A stretch of DNA of 64,000 nucleotides from Paraspadella gotoi (Eukaryota; Animalia; Chaetognatha), in contig CM119266.1 in NCBI GenBank assembly GCA_051294375.1, forward strand, positions 18,586,087 through 18,650,086, read 5' to 3'. The notes beneath the pieces are model-generated. The model was not told the DNA's origin and made no database searches. It was given only the letters and a program-made list of their open reading frames with translations. A program made the translations under genes and the position numbers. Below, piece by piece: positions 33,901 to 48,964 of this stretch; within the stretch, counting starts at the first letter, position 1, and the number at the start of each line of letters is the position of its first letter.

Positions 33901-35257
33901 CCAAAGTAGGTCACCCACTTTCTCTCCCAAACCAAAACCGGAATCTTTGATTAGATTCTACTTTCAATCAAATACGGAAGCGGCGTCTCCCTCTCTGTCA
34001 TTGCGTTCCCATCTTTGTCAGAGCGTCTCTATCTCTATCTGGGATCGTCTCTTATCTCAGATTACATCACAAATTTATCGTCATCTTTTTTTTCGTGTTT
34101 GATAAATTTTCCAAAAATCGATTTCGAGAGGAAGGGATTAAATGGAAAAGATAAAGAATGATTAGGTAAGAGAGAGAGAGGGAAGGAGAGATCGACTCGA
34201 GAGAGCAGAGAGAGAGAGAAGAGTAGAGAGGAGACGTGAGAGAGAGAGAGAGCAAAGGAGACCGAAAGTCTAGCGATTAGAGATCGTTACTGGAAACCGA
34301 GAGGAAATGGATTTGCCGAATTCCCCACCCACCATTTTGTCTTTGTCTCTATTTCTCTCTCTCTCTCTCTCACTCTCACTCACACCTAACGTCTCTCTCT
34401 CTCTATCGTCTATCAAACGTTTCCCCTATTGTTTTGGCAGCGAATCTCCGTTTAATTCGCTTTTGTTTTGAACGAAACATTTGTTTCTCTCTCTTTTGTC
34501 TTTTGTTTCACAGAACAGCCGACAGATGACGCTTCTCCCTCGTGTGTTAAAGGCGCGGTCGAGATGGTGGTTAAAGGATGGTGGTTGCGATAATGGTTAT
34601 AGGTGGAAATGACACAGTAGATAAATTAGTTTTCGTTTTTTTTTTTTAATGACTGATTTAATCTCAAGAAAACTAAATTATTTTCTCTTCTTTCATGACG
34701 AAAGTCATCTTTTTTTATTTTGATGGCGATAATTTTGGACTTTTGGTTCAATTGAGCGCGAAAGAGATCCAGACTTAAATCTAATGAGTTCCGCGCCCCT
34801 CCCTCACCCCGAACTCCCTCACCCCGAACTTCCTTTCTTTATCCTTTGTTTTATTTGCCTTTTTCCTTTTCTTTATCCTCTTAAATATTTTTTTAAATAC
34901 TATTTATAAAATAGTCCTTATCTTCCCCTTTTCTTATTTTCCTTCTTCAAACTTTAAATCTTGTGGAGACGCGACTCAATAAGACGTTTTCGGGTCGGTC
35001 TGTCAGTCCCTCTGTCTGTTTATCATTTTATAGACGTTGAAAAGACAAACCTGTTACAGAGAATGGTTTCGTCGTCTAAATCGCGCGTTTTCGAAGCTCG
35101 AATAAGAGAGAAGAAAAGATGAAGAAGAAAAAGAAAGAATTGAAGGGACATTAAGGTCAATAGGAGGAGGAAGAGGAGGATGAAAAAAGAGAATGAGAAA
35201 AATAAAATATTTAGAGAACCACGCGAGTCCATTCATTACTGGATTCTGAGTCATTGT

Positions 35258-35299
<42 letters not shown>

Positions 35300-35489
35300 A
35301 TTAGGAAAATTATTCTATACTTTATATAATTAGCTTGCTCGTGAAGGTAATATCTCTCAAATCTCTCTTCGACTTTTTTTGCTTGCTAGGGCGGTGGCCT
35401 ATATAGAATACATGTGCGATATCGGTTTGAGGGTGTGTGGCAATGTTCTTATATACGAGATTGGACGGACTCCTCACTCGCTGCTTTTA

Positions 35490-38400
35490 GCTGTATCTCT
35501 CTCTCCATCTCTCTCTGCGTTTCTCTCTCGTCTCTCTCTCCTCTCTCTCTCTCTCTCATCTCTCTTTTTCCCTTTCATCTCTTCTTCCTCTGTCAACTTT
35601 GAACTTTCCGGAGAACAAATTCTTTTTTATTTTTATAGAGATCTTCATCGATATCGTTCCATGCTTGTCGTACGTCGTAGTCGTCGTCGTCGTCATTGTA
35701 TCATCATCCTCGATCAACATCAGACAGATCCAATCTCGCAGTCGATACCCTATTACCACGTTTCACGCAGTGCCAAGCGACTTTTCTCCTCGTGCATAAA
35801 ACCCAAAGTCGGAAGCCGATTATGTGTGGATTCGTATGAGCGCCCAATCGTTTTGTGTGTGAGTGGCCGGTGATGATTCGATGGCTGCCAAGAATTTTTT
35901 TTTTTAAAACTCTAAGCAAAAGCAAATAAATAAACAAAACGAAAAGCACTCTTAAATAAATAATAAAAAGGAATATATTTATAATTTATGTCTGGTCTCT
36001 TAATAATATTTTTATATTAATTAGACTAATATATTTGGTTTCGAGTCATGAGTTTTGGCAGAAGATTTATTAACTTATGACTAATTCTATAGTCTATTCT
36101 ATCCCTTTTAATCAAATTACCCAGAAATCCATTCTCATTTATTGTCCAAATACCCAATACCTTGCAAGTCAACGATTTCCAGATGTTATCCGTCGTATTC
36201 ACAATCACATTGGACGACATTGCACACGTCCATCACTAAATTTCCTGTGTTCATCAGCATATTCATCCTCATCGTACAGACGCGTTGGATCTTTGTCACT
36301 GTCATTTTCCTGTTTTAATATAGTCCTATTTAATACTCCATGCCTTTTTCGCCACGATCCTGAGATCGTCTGTCACAATCATTTTCATTTTGCCCATATC
36401 TCTATCAAGCTATGCGTCTGTCTCATCATGCGATATTAATCAGCTTCAGAGTCAAATGACCCTTTTCAGTTTGCCTCCTAAAAAAAATATTCGTCCGCCT
36501 GCTCGAGTAAAAAAATTAGATATAAACAATTTCAACTTTTTTGTATTTTTTAACTTAAATGTTAAAGATTTTAAAAACTTTTCATAAAAAAAAACCCACA
36601 AAATAACAGGTTAGGTAAAATATGTAAAAAAAAATGGTTGATGATAGAGTTTTTTTGACCTTTGGTGGTAGACAGGATCCCAGGGCATTCAACCCGCCAG
36701 ATAGCTCCTATCCCTGGCTCAGTTTTCGTCCTCACGTGCCACTACAAGAGAGGTCGCACGATTTCCACCTAGACATTTAATTTTTGAAAAGAAAAGTCAA
36801 CAACTGGTCAGAAGGAGCTGGATGGAGCCTTAGCCCACCATAGTCCTGTAAAAAAGTCAGGTGCAGAGGATAGCTTGTATGTAACTGACTAAATCATAAT
36901 TTTTAAAATGGTTGGCGTACCAATTTCAGGATATTATTAAAATAATTAGTAAATTTAATATGAGAATTGTATGATTAGCATTAATTAATAATAAACATGT
37001 ATAATCTTCAGGAATTTTAAAAACGATTATTGATCACGTAACCCGACCGCAAAGCGACCAGGAAAAAACGCAGCGTCGAACGAAGTTAACTCAAAACTAT
37101 AAAAAAAAAGACAAGTTAAGATATGGATAAAACGAAGTTTCGCTTCTATTCTGAGAGTACAAATGGACAAAAATGACGGTCGATTTATGAGCACTCCGCT
37201 TCGAAAATACAGACGACGACATGGATCCTAAGGACAAAGGGATAGAAATGACTGGGCTTCGGACGATTAGTCATAAAAAAAGGGCGAAAAGACTGAATTG
37301 CAATTTTATATTTGCAATGTGTCAATTGTCATTATTAGACCAAATGGGAAACCATCTCTGGCAGAATTTAAAAAAAAAAAGAAGAATAAACTAGCGAATC
37401 CACAGCCGTCAAAATTGACTTGTCAGTTTTTATCATGAATAAAGATGGACTGTTGGTCCGGACCAACCCTCTCGCTTTGTCTCCGAGCCACCCTAGAGAA
37501 AATCAGATAAATCAAAAAAATTTTTAAAAATAACTTTGTTGAGTGTTACAATTTCTTTCGCCTTTTACGGAATTAAAAAAAAAATTAGAGTTGAAAAATT
37601 TCTGTCCCATCATCAATCTCGGTATTCTAAATAAATAATAGATAATAATTATTTTCTTGTATTTGTTCTTTAATAGACAGACGACGTCGTCGACGTTGAG
37701 TGAAAAAAAAAAAAAATTTATGCGGATTTCTTTTTAAAAAAAACGATAATCGGTTGGGTTCAAAAAGGTCAAAAAATGAATTACGTCTGCCGTACCGAAG
37801 AAAAAGACAAATTAAATTCCGCTACGCGATACATTTCAATTAAAAGGAAAGACGGTGGGAAATAAGTTTGGAGATGGATAAAGTGAGTTGTTGTCTCTTC
37901 TTTTTGAAAGAGAATAAATGGGGAGATTTTGAGGTGTTCCTATTTTCTATCTCTTTTGGTTGAGATTTTAAAGGAGCTGACGGTGTTTAGAAAAGCCGCG
38001 TCGCTGCTCTATGTTTTTTTTTTTGTTTTCAATTTGACGTGGGATCCTCGTTTTTTGGTTCTACATACCTGAAACTAACAGTTGTAAGATTGGAGGGAGG
38101 TTAGTCCTACAATTAAGACTAAGGTTATAGAATGTGGACAACAACAGTTTTTTTTCTACGTTCGTATCCCTTATAATGTAGTCTTAAATTTGTATTTCTT
38201 TATGATTTTTTACGTAACAATGTTTGATTAACAGATATGATTTACGCTGAGACGGTGTGTTAGAATTGTTTGTACGAAAGTAGTTGGTCATGAGTGTAGC
38301 GAGGGAAGTGAAACTTTGGTGTGAAGATTCAGTCATGCGACTTGTTATTCATGTTTGAAATTGTATATTTCAGTTGACAAATAAACAGTTTCGACGTACG

Positions 38401-41400
38401 GTATAAGGTCGCCTTCGCTAGCGGCTATGTCATTTAAATTCATTGAACGAGTAATTTATTATTCAATTGACTATACGAAATCCTGCAGGGAAGTGCATGC
38501 CTTTTCAAGCTTATCATTGAAGTTTATTAATTGACTTATAGAGAGGTATTGGGTGTACTGATAGCGTATGTGGTTCTTGAATCATTGTGTTTCTCGTTCT
38601 TTTGATGCTATTACAGTGTAGATTCAGGGTGCAACTGTCAATACAGACGGTCGCCCCCGTGATCAATCATTCCTGTTGGACGAGAGCCTTTTGGCCACAC
38701 GCTCGCGACGGGATCTGCGTGCCGTTGATAGCAGTCGTTGGGCTCGTCTGAGGAGCAGATCATCTGTCTATCCTTTTGTGACCGGCCGGGTCGCCGAACG
38801 TGCGAGTGGCGGGGGCGGTAATGGGTTGGTATGCCGCCGCAGTAGAGGACTACGATGTTGTTCAGGGGTACGGCAGGGATGGTGTTTGCGCACCCCTAAA
38901 CAAGTGGTGCAACTGCTGATCCTTTTGATCCCAAGCTGGAGTGTGGAGGCTTAGCGGAGCTCGTAGTGAATTGTGGTGAGTATGACGGAATTGAGAGTTA
39001 GTGTGCCCGACGACTATTGGTCCTGTTCTGGCAGTTGTGAGTGGGCTGCCTTGCACATGCTGCTCTCAGCGCTGTCGCGGCGAGAGAGGAGCGAGTTGCC
39101 CTGGCCAGAGATCGCTGATGAAGCAACGCCAAACAAAAAGCATGGATTCATAGGTGATTGTTAGGTAGTATCGGTGCAGCAGTAATGATGTTGCGGAATT
39201 GATTCGCAACAAGGGCCTGTCAGAGGAAAAAATAGATCGCTTTTCATTCAGGTGGTGTGTCAGCCTGTGTGGCTGTTGTCCGTGGAGTCGTTTCACGCCA
39301 AAAAAGAACAGAGAAATGTCTGAGCGTAGGTGCGGATAGGACCTGGTTGGGATGCTGGGCAAGGAGAAGTATGTAGTGGCAATTGTAGCCAAGTTCGAGC
39401 TGATGATCAAACAGCTCGTGTATAAGGCAAGTAGACAGTAGCTCCTGGTTAGAAAATCCGTTTGTCCGCAACTATGTCTGGCGGGCACCGTGTTTCGAGT
39501 GTAGAGAGTGGCATCGGGTGAGGACCGAGAGAGCTGCAAGTTGAAGGACTGCAGCCTGTTGTAGGACAGTTGGCAGGGAGAAAGGTCTTGGGCGTACCGA
39601 ACCACTCATAGGTGGAACGAACCCAGCTTGGCTTGGTTGAGGTAAAGTCCGAACTGCTATTGGCAGCACAGTGCTTCCCAAATTTTCCGCAAAATCCGGC
39701 GGTAATCCTCGATGGTGTGTGATTGTTCTAGGGGCGTGAATTGCATAGGGCGAATGGTGTGCGGCGTGAGGCGCGCGGGCGCCGATCAGCTAACAGGTAG
39801 TACAGATTAGAACACCAATTTTGTGTTCTGTTAACGCTATAAGCTTCCTCAGCGTCCACGGTGGTTGTTCGTTGACGACTCTGGCGTGTCGTATTCTTAG
39901 GCGCAGTCTGCGAAGAGGTGGGGCGGTTGCAGGATCAGGGTGCAAGAAAGTGCTAAGGTAGAGAGTAGGTTGCAGTGCAGGGCAAGTAGATGCTGCGAGT
40001 ATTTAGAAAGAGTTTATACGCTTTTGTGTGCGTCAGCGTATGTTATTGGGGTATTATTGGAGGAAGTCAGAATGGCTTGGACGTTGAGGGTAGAGGCGGG
40101 GGGGATGAAGTGAGGGTTATAAGGCAGGGAGAGATCTCTTCGAGACAGACGCCAGGAGAAGACGTATAAAAAGGGTAGGTCCGAGGCGAGAGGCGTTGTA
40201 AGGGACTGACAGAGAGGCTAAAGATGGTATGATGGGCGCATGGTATGATGGCTCTTCAAGCGCAGATAGTGGTGATTGGAGAGCAGTTATCGCGGTGTTT
40301 GCGGAATTGTAGCGCGAGTACGCCAGAGTGGCTAGAATTGCAGATGAGGGGGTGCAGAGTCGCGGTGCATAATAACTGTGTGCGTCGAGTTATCGGTTGC
40401 TCAGAGAATGAGCGACGGAGCAGACACTACGCGCGAGTAGGTGTACGGACGCGGCGAATGATTAAGATCCATCTTGTGGAGTACATTGTGTCTAAGAGAA
40501 TAGACACGATGGCTGTAGGAAATGAGGGGAGGAGTGCAGGGGGAGGCCGTAGGCTTCTGTTAGTTGGAAAACGGTAGGTAGGTGTGATCACGGATTGATG
40601 TCGAGAGAATGGGAGCATGGTGATGATCAGTGCGGAGATGTGAATGCCCGCGCGCTGGAGTGGTGGTCGAGCGAGCGGGCGTTGGTGTGGAGAAGTTGTT
40701 TAGGCTGCATTTTGGTGAGAGGTTCAAGTGCAGCGCCGTTGGGCCGTAGGTGCGGTGTCGTGAGGCGTGGTTTTTGCGTTCGGTCCGGCTGGTCGGATTG
40801 GTTGATGTCGCCGTTAGCGGTGCGGCGCCTTTGTTATGGACACAGTCCGCACTATGTGATTTCTGCGCTGTTGTTAGGATTATTATGTCGTGGAAAGTGC
40901 CGCATGTACGAGGCAGTATGGCCGTCGCGACACGTATGGCTGTAGTGACTGTGAACGAATAGTGTAGCGTTTTGCGCACATAGGATACATGCGAGGGCGC
41001 GTTTTGTTGACAGCAGGATGTTGCTGACGGGTGGACAGCGCCTGAGCAGCCGCTTCGTGCCGGATGGGAAGAGAATTAGAGTGTAGTAGAGAAGGTGATG
41101 ATGAGTAGGTTGCGTGGGGGTAGTGCAGTGTGAGAGAAGGTCGAGAAGATGAGGCGATGGAGAAGAGATGGGTAATGAGGAGGAAGTGAGGGAGTAAGGA
41201 ACGCAGCAAGGGATGGATAAGGCGAGAGAGACATTGAGATCAAGGCTGCGAGGCGATGTAGAAAGTATTGTAGTGTACGGGGCGACAGGTGTGGATCATA
41301 AGGTAGGAAGCAGCGAGCGAAAAGTCGGGCAGAGTAAAAATGGGCATCAGCAGATGAGATTGGTGGTGTCGGTACGTGATTATCGAATGGTGTTGGCCAG

Positions 41401-44400
41401 TACGAGTCGACCTGCGACGGAGAGGCTGTGCGCGCTTGGTGGCGTGTTCGGACGTGGCCCGGGGCCGTAGCCTGATGCCTCGCGTCTGCGACCACTGTTG
41501 TCGCAGCCGCCCTCGTCGCGGGTGAGTAGAGGATGCATCGCCGGCGGCAGGGTTGTGGCAGACAGAGCGAGGGCTGGAGCGTAGGGAGGTACGGCTAGAG
41601 TGTTGTAGGGTACGGATGCGACGGGTCGTCTGACAGATCAGGTAGCGCGGTGGGTCGGTGCGTGATCGCAAAACGGCGTGTGACGAGTGGGAGATATACA
41701 ATATGGCTGAGGTCGATGGTTCGGTGTATGCGGTAGATGTGTGTCTTGTGGATGAGATTGCTTGGTTCGTGTGTGTCGGATCGCGGTCGCAGTCGGCAGT
41801 TGGTTGGATGAGGAGTGAGAGTGATCTGAGAATGAAGTATCGAGTCGTGTCTGTCATGCATCGATGTGCTAGCGTAGTGTGCTTGTGAGCAAGAGTGCGA
41901 CAGTGGTAAGAAAGAGAGTATGTGGCGATTGCGCCATAGTCGTATTGCGTAGATGATGGTTTGAGTTGTTGGCTGATAGTTCGAATTCGGATTGAAAGGT
42001 CCGTAAGTGGAAGTGAGGTCTTGAGGATTGGGTAGTTATTCTGCTTCGCGCCACGCCGTCGTGTCCAGAGTCAGTCGAGCAAAGAATGTTTTAGAATGTT
42101 TTTTTGAACTGATCTGTGTATGTCGCTCGGAACAAGTATTCGACGAAGGATCAGAGCGTGTTCAGTATGAGTTAGTGAAATATAGGATGCTATATTGAAC
42201 TGTTCGATCTTTTCTACTTTGAGAGTTGCGCTGAAAAACGATTGGGATGGAACCATTAGTTGAGCCTTCACGCGAAACCGCACAATAGGTGCTATTACGG
42301 CAACCATGCCACGTGTCCAAACATCGGACAAACTCGGCAACTGATGCGCAACAAAGCGGATGCAGATTGCTGCCGTTCGCGTTGCTGCGTGGGCGTCGTG
42401 GCGTGCCGTCGTCGGTCGTGCGTACGTAGCTTATTAGGAGAGAGCATAGAACCGTTAGGTCTGTGCTGGTAAGATGGACGAGAGAACGAATTATGCGTAA
42501 GAGATTGGACAGACGAAATGGAATATTGTGTAACTGAGGAGATAGAGAGGGTAGAGAGAGAGAGCAGAATAGGAGGACGACTGATATGAGAAGAGAGGAG
42601 AGAGGATACGAGAGAGAGAGAGAGAGAGATGATAGAGAGGAGAGAGATGAGAAAGTAGAAAAAAGAGAGGAGAAGAAGAGGAAGAGAGAGAGAAAGAGAA
42701 GAAGAGGGGAGAGAGAGAGAGATTGAGAAAAGAGAGAGAAAGAAAGATAGAGATAGGAGAGAGACGATTGAGAAGAGAGAGAAAGAGAGATAGAAGAGAG
42801 AGATGAGAAGAGAGAGAGAGATGGATCGAGAGAGATGAGCAGGAGAGAAAGGAGGGAGATTAGAAGAGAGAGAGAGAGAAATGAGAGATGGAAGGAGAGA
42901 GGGAGGAAGCAGAGGATACGAGCCGAAATAAATGTAGTGAGAGATGTAGAGAGAGAGATAGGAGAAAAAGAAGAGAGAGAGAGAGGAGAGATATATGAGA
43001 GAGAGGAGGCCGGAAAGCTGAGTAAAGAGGAGGAGAGTAGAGGAGTAGAGAGTGAAGTAGAGAAGAGAGAAGAGAGAGAGAATAGACAGAGAAGAGAAGG
43101 AGAGAGGAGAATCTGCAAGGCAGGAAAAGGAGAGAGAGAGGAGAGAGACGGAGGAGCGCGTCAGCGGAGATCGTACCGATGTGAGAGATAGAGAGAGAGG
43201 GTAGAGGAGAGACAGAGCAGAGAAGAGAAGATGAGAGCTAGGAGGTAGTGAGTGGAGGAGAGAGAGAGATATATCGGGGAATGGTCCCATTGTGTTGTTC
43301 AGCGGGAATAATGGATGTGGAATGCTTAAACTGTCATGTCTTCAGTTCATTCATTACAATTGGTCATAGCGTTCATTTCATTCTATTCATTCATTCATCG
43401 TTTCATGTCATTCATGTTATTTATATGCCCCTCTGTGTAAGTATTCAATAAAGATGAATTGTATCTCACGATTTTTTAAAAATTTAATTTCTAATTCCAA
43501 ATCAATTCACTCAACCTTCGCCCGAACGCAAACGGAAGACGTCAGTTCGGTTTCCGGATTTTGAAGTTCGATTAAAACCAAAACAAAGGAAGATAAGATC
43601 TCATTTACGGCTCATCTCTCTCTCCCTAGCACGCTCCCTCCCTTCTTGCCTGACCTCTCACCCTCTCTCTCGTTCTCTTTCTTCTCATTCTCTCTCCTCG
43701 TCACGTCTTCACCTCCCTTAGAATCGTTCTCCGCACCAATTCACCCGATGGGCCATGTTCCCGTTCCCATGATGTTATGTTTTTGTATTGATGCCAAACA
43801 AAAAAGAATGAAAGTTTCTTAAGGAAAATGGGATTGAGTGCGCGCTCTCCATAAAACGATGCTTTAGAGAGATTGTGGTGCCACGGCACAGTAGAAATGC
43901 TTAGCTGAATGCATCGCGACTTCCATTGATAGAGGCCACACACGCGTTCAACCGGATATTTTATGAGAGTGCCAAGGACGAAACAAAGTATCAGTTGTCC
44001 CGAAAAGTTTTCATTGTATTTGAGCTCGGAGAGGGAAGTAAGGAAATGCCAGGGCGATGCAAGCCGCCCCGGCGAAAAAGACGAACGACGACGACGACGC
44101 GACGGAGTAAGTCAGCTTGGTGACGACCGACGAAGATGACCGACGACGCCGGAAGTACCGATAAAAAATATTTTTTACGAAGTGCGACTTTGTGGATGGA
44201 GTTTTGTGTGAACCAAACCGAGTGGAAGGTGGGGCAGGAAAGAGAGAGTTTAAGTGAGTAAAAAGAGAATCCGATCAAGTGGGAATTTAGATTAATAATA
44301 TTGAAAGGACGACGCGTGAGTCGTGTTAATTAGTGACTAAAATTTGGAACTATTACGGGCTGAAATCGGGGATACGAAAAATTACGAGCCAGGAGGGAAG

Positions 44401-46261
44401 TCGTTCCGCGTACGTCGGGTCGTGTCGTCGTCGTCCTGTCAATGTTAGTGATTCGACGCTCTCGGACCTGTAAAATATGAATGTTGAAAGGACGACGTCT
44501 GATGATTGGAGCTTTGTTATCTTTCTGGCATCATCATCAACAGTCATCAAACACATCATCGCATCAGTCATATGAGTCAGTGGCAGACTGCGACCGCGGC
44601 TGATGCATACGGTCAAAAATCATCCGGGGGTCCGTCAGTACCGATGCCATCATCAAGCGTTTCATCGACTGTCATGCAGTCGGAATCTCATCATCATCAT
44701 CATCAATGCATCATCATCGATCGAGCATGCTTAATACGATATTAACGTGCAGAAACATCGTCACGAACGCGATGGTCGTTGATAGTCAATTGTCAAATCA
44801 CAATCGGTTTCGCCGTGTCGTAGTACGATCCGTCGTCAGGTCGCTGCGCCCTCTTTCCGACTCAGGGGCAAAGATTAAAACCATTCTTTCGCCCTCAGCG
44901 TTCGTCTTTTTGCGCGGAGGAGGAGGAGGAGAGGAGGAGAGTGAGGAGAGGAGGAAGAAGTGAGGAAGGAGTGAAGAAAAAGAGGGTAGAGGAAAACGGA
45001 AAGAGGACGTGAGAGAGGAGGAAGAATATAAAGGAGAGGGGTAAGAGAAGAAAATAGCGATAACAACAACAACAACGAAACTTCAACTCACAACGATAAA
45101 ACATCGACTTCAAACCAACTACTGTCCTACTTTTACCCAGAAAAGCAAATGTGCAACGACTAAATTACAAGTAACAATAAAATTTAACAAACAACATCTG
45201 CAACAAACAACAACAACAAAAACATTCAATCAACAGCAGCAGAAAGCATTTACCAGTCCGGGCAAAGAGCAGTACGCGAGCAAGCATCAGAAGAGTGACC
45301 ACCGGTCAAAAAACGCTTTCCATCACTTTCCCGTCGACTGTAAAATTCCTTCCCTATTCCTCCTCTCTATATCTCGTCTCTCTCGTGCTAGCTTGCTTCG
45401 TGGTCCTCTACTCTCACTCCGTCTACTCTCTCTCGTGCGCTCTCTCTCTCTTTCTTCAAACTCGGTTAGGTCAAACCAGACGCGTCTGACGATATTCTCT
45501 GTGGCCCTCCCAATTTACGTCCTATAATCATGTTGGGACGAGACAGTGGATGACGTAAAAATCGGGAGGAAAACGAAAAAAGAAGAAAAAAAGGTTGATC
45601 GGAGAAACGAAGAAGCACGCTGAAGAGACCGAATTTATTGAGGGAGAGAGAAATTGAGGGGTGTGAAGATCGGGCGAGGGGGGGGGGGGCGGGGGCCGGG
45701 GGTTTGGTTGCGGAGGGCGGCGGTGGATGGGGGCGGAGGGGAGAGGAGGAGGAAGGAACCGCTGGGTATTTCTTTCTTTCTTTCTTTTGTTCTTTCTTCT
45801 TTCTTTCTTATCTGTTCCTTGAAAGTAGAAGTGGGTTCTTTCTTTCTTTCTCTCTTTTCTTTCTTATCTTGGTTCTTTTCTTGTGACGTTTCTTGAGTTG
45901 GTAGTTTTGAATGTTTTGTTGTTTTCGTAGTTTTTTTTGATTTTTTCTGATTTTTTTTTTTATTTTCTCTCCTCTTCTTCCTTAAGTATTTTATGTTTCG
46001 TCTTGAATTTTTTATATCGATCTGTGTGGGTCTTTTTCTATTAGACTTTGCTTTCTTCTCTCTTCCTTGCGTCCATTATTCTTTTTTTATTTTGTTTCAT
46101 CTGCTATTAGTTATGAGTATTATTTATCCTGCTGTTTCTATTTGTAGTGGGCTCTTGTGTGTATTTCTCACTCCTTTTTTTCTTTCTTCCATTCCTCTCC
46201 TCGGCTTCTTTTAACCTCTCTTCTCTTCTTCCTTTTTCTTTCTTATTTATTATTTATTTTT

Positions 46262-46292
<31 letters not shown>

Positions 46293-48505
46293 TTATTATT
46301 TATAGTTATTTAATTTTATTATTTATTTTATTTCTTTCTCCGTTTTGTCTTTCCCTTTCTTTCTTCTCCTTTCATTCTTTCCTCAGTTTCTTTCTTTTCT
46401 TATTCATTGTATTTTTTTTATCTGGATCAGCGCTGTTGTTATAGTTGTATAAGATTGTGTGTCTTTGTTGTAGTTGATATTTGTTTTTTGATATTTTAAA
46501 TAGCGTCTTTTTATTTTTTTGTGGCGTGTGTGTCGTCTGAATGATTTTTACGTATAATATTTTATAGTGTTTTTTCCTCTCTGATTTTATTATTTTACTT
46601 ATTTCTTGTTAATGTTATTCTGTTTTTTTACTATCTTTGTGTTATATTGGGTGTCATTGCTCTATTTTTTTTATACTTATGATCTCTTTTCTTTTGTTTC
46701 GCTTCTGTTGTTGTTAGTTTTGGCTGTTGTTTTGTTGTTGTAGGTTCTGTATTGTCTTTTTATTCGTAGTCTTTTTTCACCAATGTGTATTCTATCCATT
46801 ATTATCTTTCTATCATTTATCGCTTTTTTATGTTATTGTTATCTCTTTTTCACAATTTTTTTCGTTTTTGGGTCGTCTTATGGTGTGTAGAGATTGTGTT
46901 AGATTTTTGATGATATAAGTGCTAGTTGTTATGTTTTTTTTATGGTCTTTCTTGCTTGTAAGTGTTTTCTCTTTTTTTTTGTTTATGTTTTCTTTTTTTT
47001 TTTATATGTGTTACTGGCAGTGATCAGGCTATTGTGATTTTAGTTTGACTGGGGGTAGATCCGGCTTCGTTCGTCCAGTGGGTCTGATGGCGCCGGGGCT
47101 AGTTGGGTTGCTGCTTCGTGGCTGTCTGTTTTGCTGTCAGAGTAGTATTAGACTGCGTAGAGCGGAGTCAGCTGCACTGGTGGCAGAGTTGTGATGAGTC
47201 TGTCTTGGGTGAGCCCGGAAGCTGCGTGTGGATTCGGTGGGACAGACAGCGCAGCGTGTGCTTTTGATTTGAGTGTGTACACCTGGCTTGTACATGTGGC
47301 GATTGATGTGGAGTTTGCTTTATCGAGTTCGTCTAGGGTGGGTGTGGGGATCAACGGGGGACGAGAACAATGGGGGATGCTGTGGTGTGAGAGATGGCGT
47401 AGGTTGGTGTTTGGGTCCCTGGTATGATCTGCAATGTGTATTTTGTCACGATGGACTGCTGACTTGGCAGTTGGGTACAGTAGAGGTGTAGTTGAGCTAT
47501 GACTCAGCGGTGAACGGGTCATCGTGATAAAGGCGGTGATTCATGCGAGGGATATCATAGTATAGGCACTGCTGGTTGGATGCGCAGAGTACAGCGCTTA
47601 GTTTTGTGCTGTAGTGTAAATCGCGTAAGTAGGTGTGGGGAGTTACGTGATTGAGGTTCATCGGTCCCGTAATGCGTCGGCTAGTTGATTAGGCATGCTG
47701 GAGCGAAGAGCAGGATGTGATGGATGGATAGCTCATCATGAATCGGGTAGGCGAGTTACTACTTTCGTAGATCGAAGTATGCTAGTGGTAGATGGAGATC
47801 GTGGGGTAGGTTGTGGGTGTAGTGCTGAGATGGCCGGTGGTGGGGGAGATAGTCTACGCGCTGATTCGTCAGGGGCTATATTAGACGATGATGTGGGATT
47901 GGAATGTGTGCGATAGCTGATGGAGCTCTAGGTCATGTGTTGCGGTACGGGTGCTGATGCGCTATAACGACGGCGTGGGTTAGGGCAGCGTACTTGATCG
48001 AGAAGTGTTTTTTATTTTTTATTTTATTTATATTTCTTTATTTTTTTTTTTCTTCTATGTTGATTGTTTTTATGTTTTTTCTTTTTGCTCTTTTTTTTTT
48101 TTTTTGATTTCTTTTTTTTTTTTTTTTTTTTTTTCTTGATCTTTTTTTTTCGTATTTTATTTTCTCTTTTTTTATATTTGTCCTTTCTGTTATGGATATT
48201 TTAATTTTTCTATATTAATGTCTTTTTCTTTTTTTTTTTTTGTATTTCTATTTTTTTGTTTTTTTTTTTTTTTCTTTATTTTTTATTTATTTATTTATTT
48301 TTTTTTCTCTCTTTCTTTTTTCTTTCTTTCTTCTTTCTTTTTTCTTTCTTTATCTTCTTATCTTTCTTTCTTTCTCTCTCTCTCTCTCCAAAAGGTAGGT
48401 CACCCACTTTCTCTCCCCAAACCAAAACGGAATCTTTGATTAGATCTACTTTCAATCAATACGGAAGCGGCGTTTATTTATTTATTTATTTATTTATTAT
48501 TTAAT

Positions 48506-48540
<35 letters not shown>

Positions 48541-48894
48541 TTTCTTTCTCTCTTCTTTCTTTCTTTCTTTCTTCTTTTTTCTTTCTTTCTTTCTCTCTTC
48601 TTTCTTTCTCTCTCTCTCTCTCTCCAAAGTAGGTCACCACTTTCTCTCCCCAAACCAAAACCGGAATCTTGATAGATTCTACTTCATCAATCAAATACGG
48701 AAGCGGCGTCTCCCTCTCTGCATTGCATTCCCATCTTTGTCAGAGCGTTCTCTATCTCTATCTGGGATCGTCTCTTATCTCAGATTACATCACAAATTTA
48801 TCGTCATCTTTTTTCGTGTTTGATAAATTTTTCCAAAAAATCGATTTCGAGAGGAAGGGGATTAAAATGGAAAAGATAAAGAATATTAGGTAAG

Positions 48895-48964
<70 letters not shown>

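Noticed and set aside
38676-47916. Dense GC-rich ORF cluster resembling a foreign or viral insert
   Set aside because: Landmarks are collinear with 28-34 kb, so this is a noise-expanded raw-read copy.
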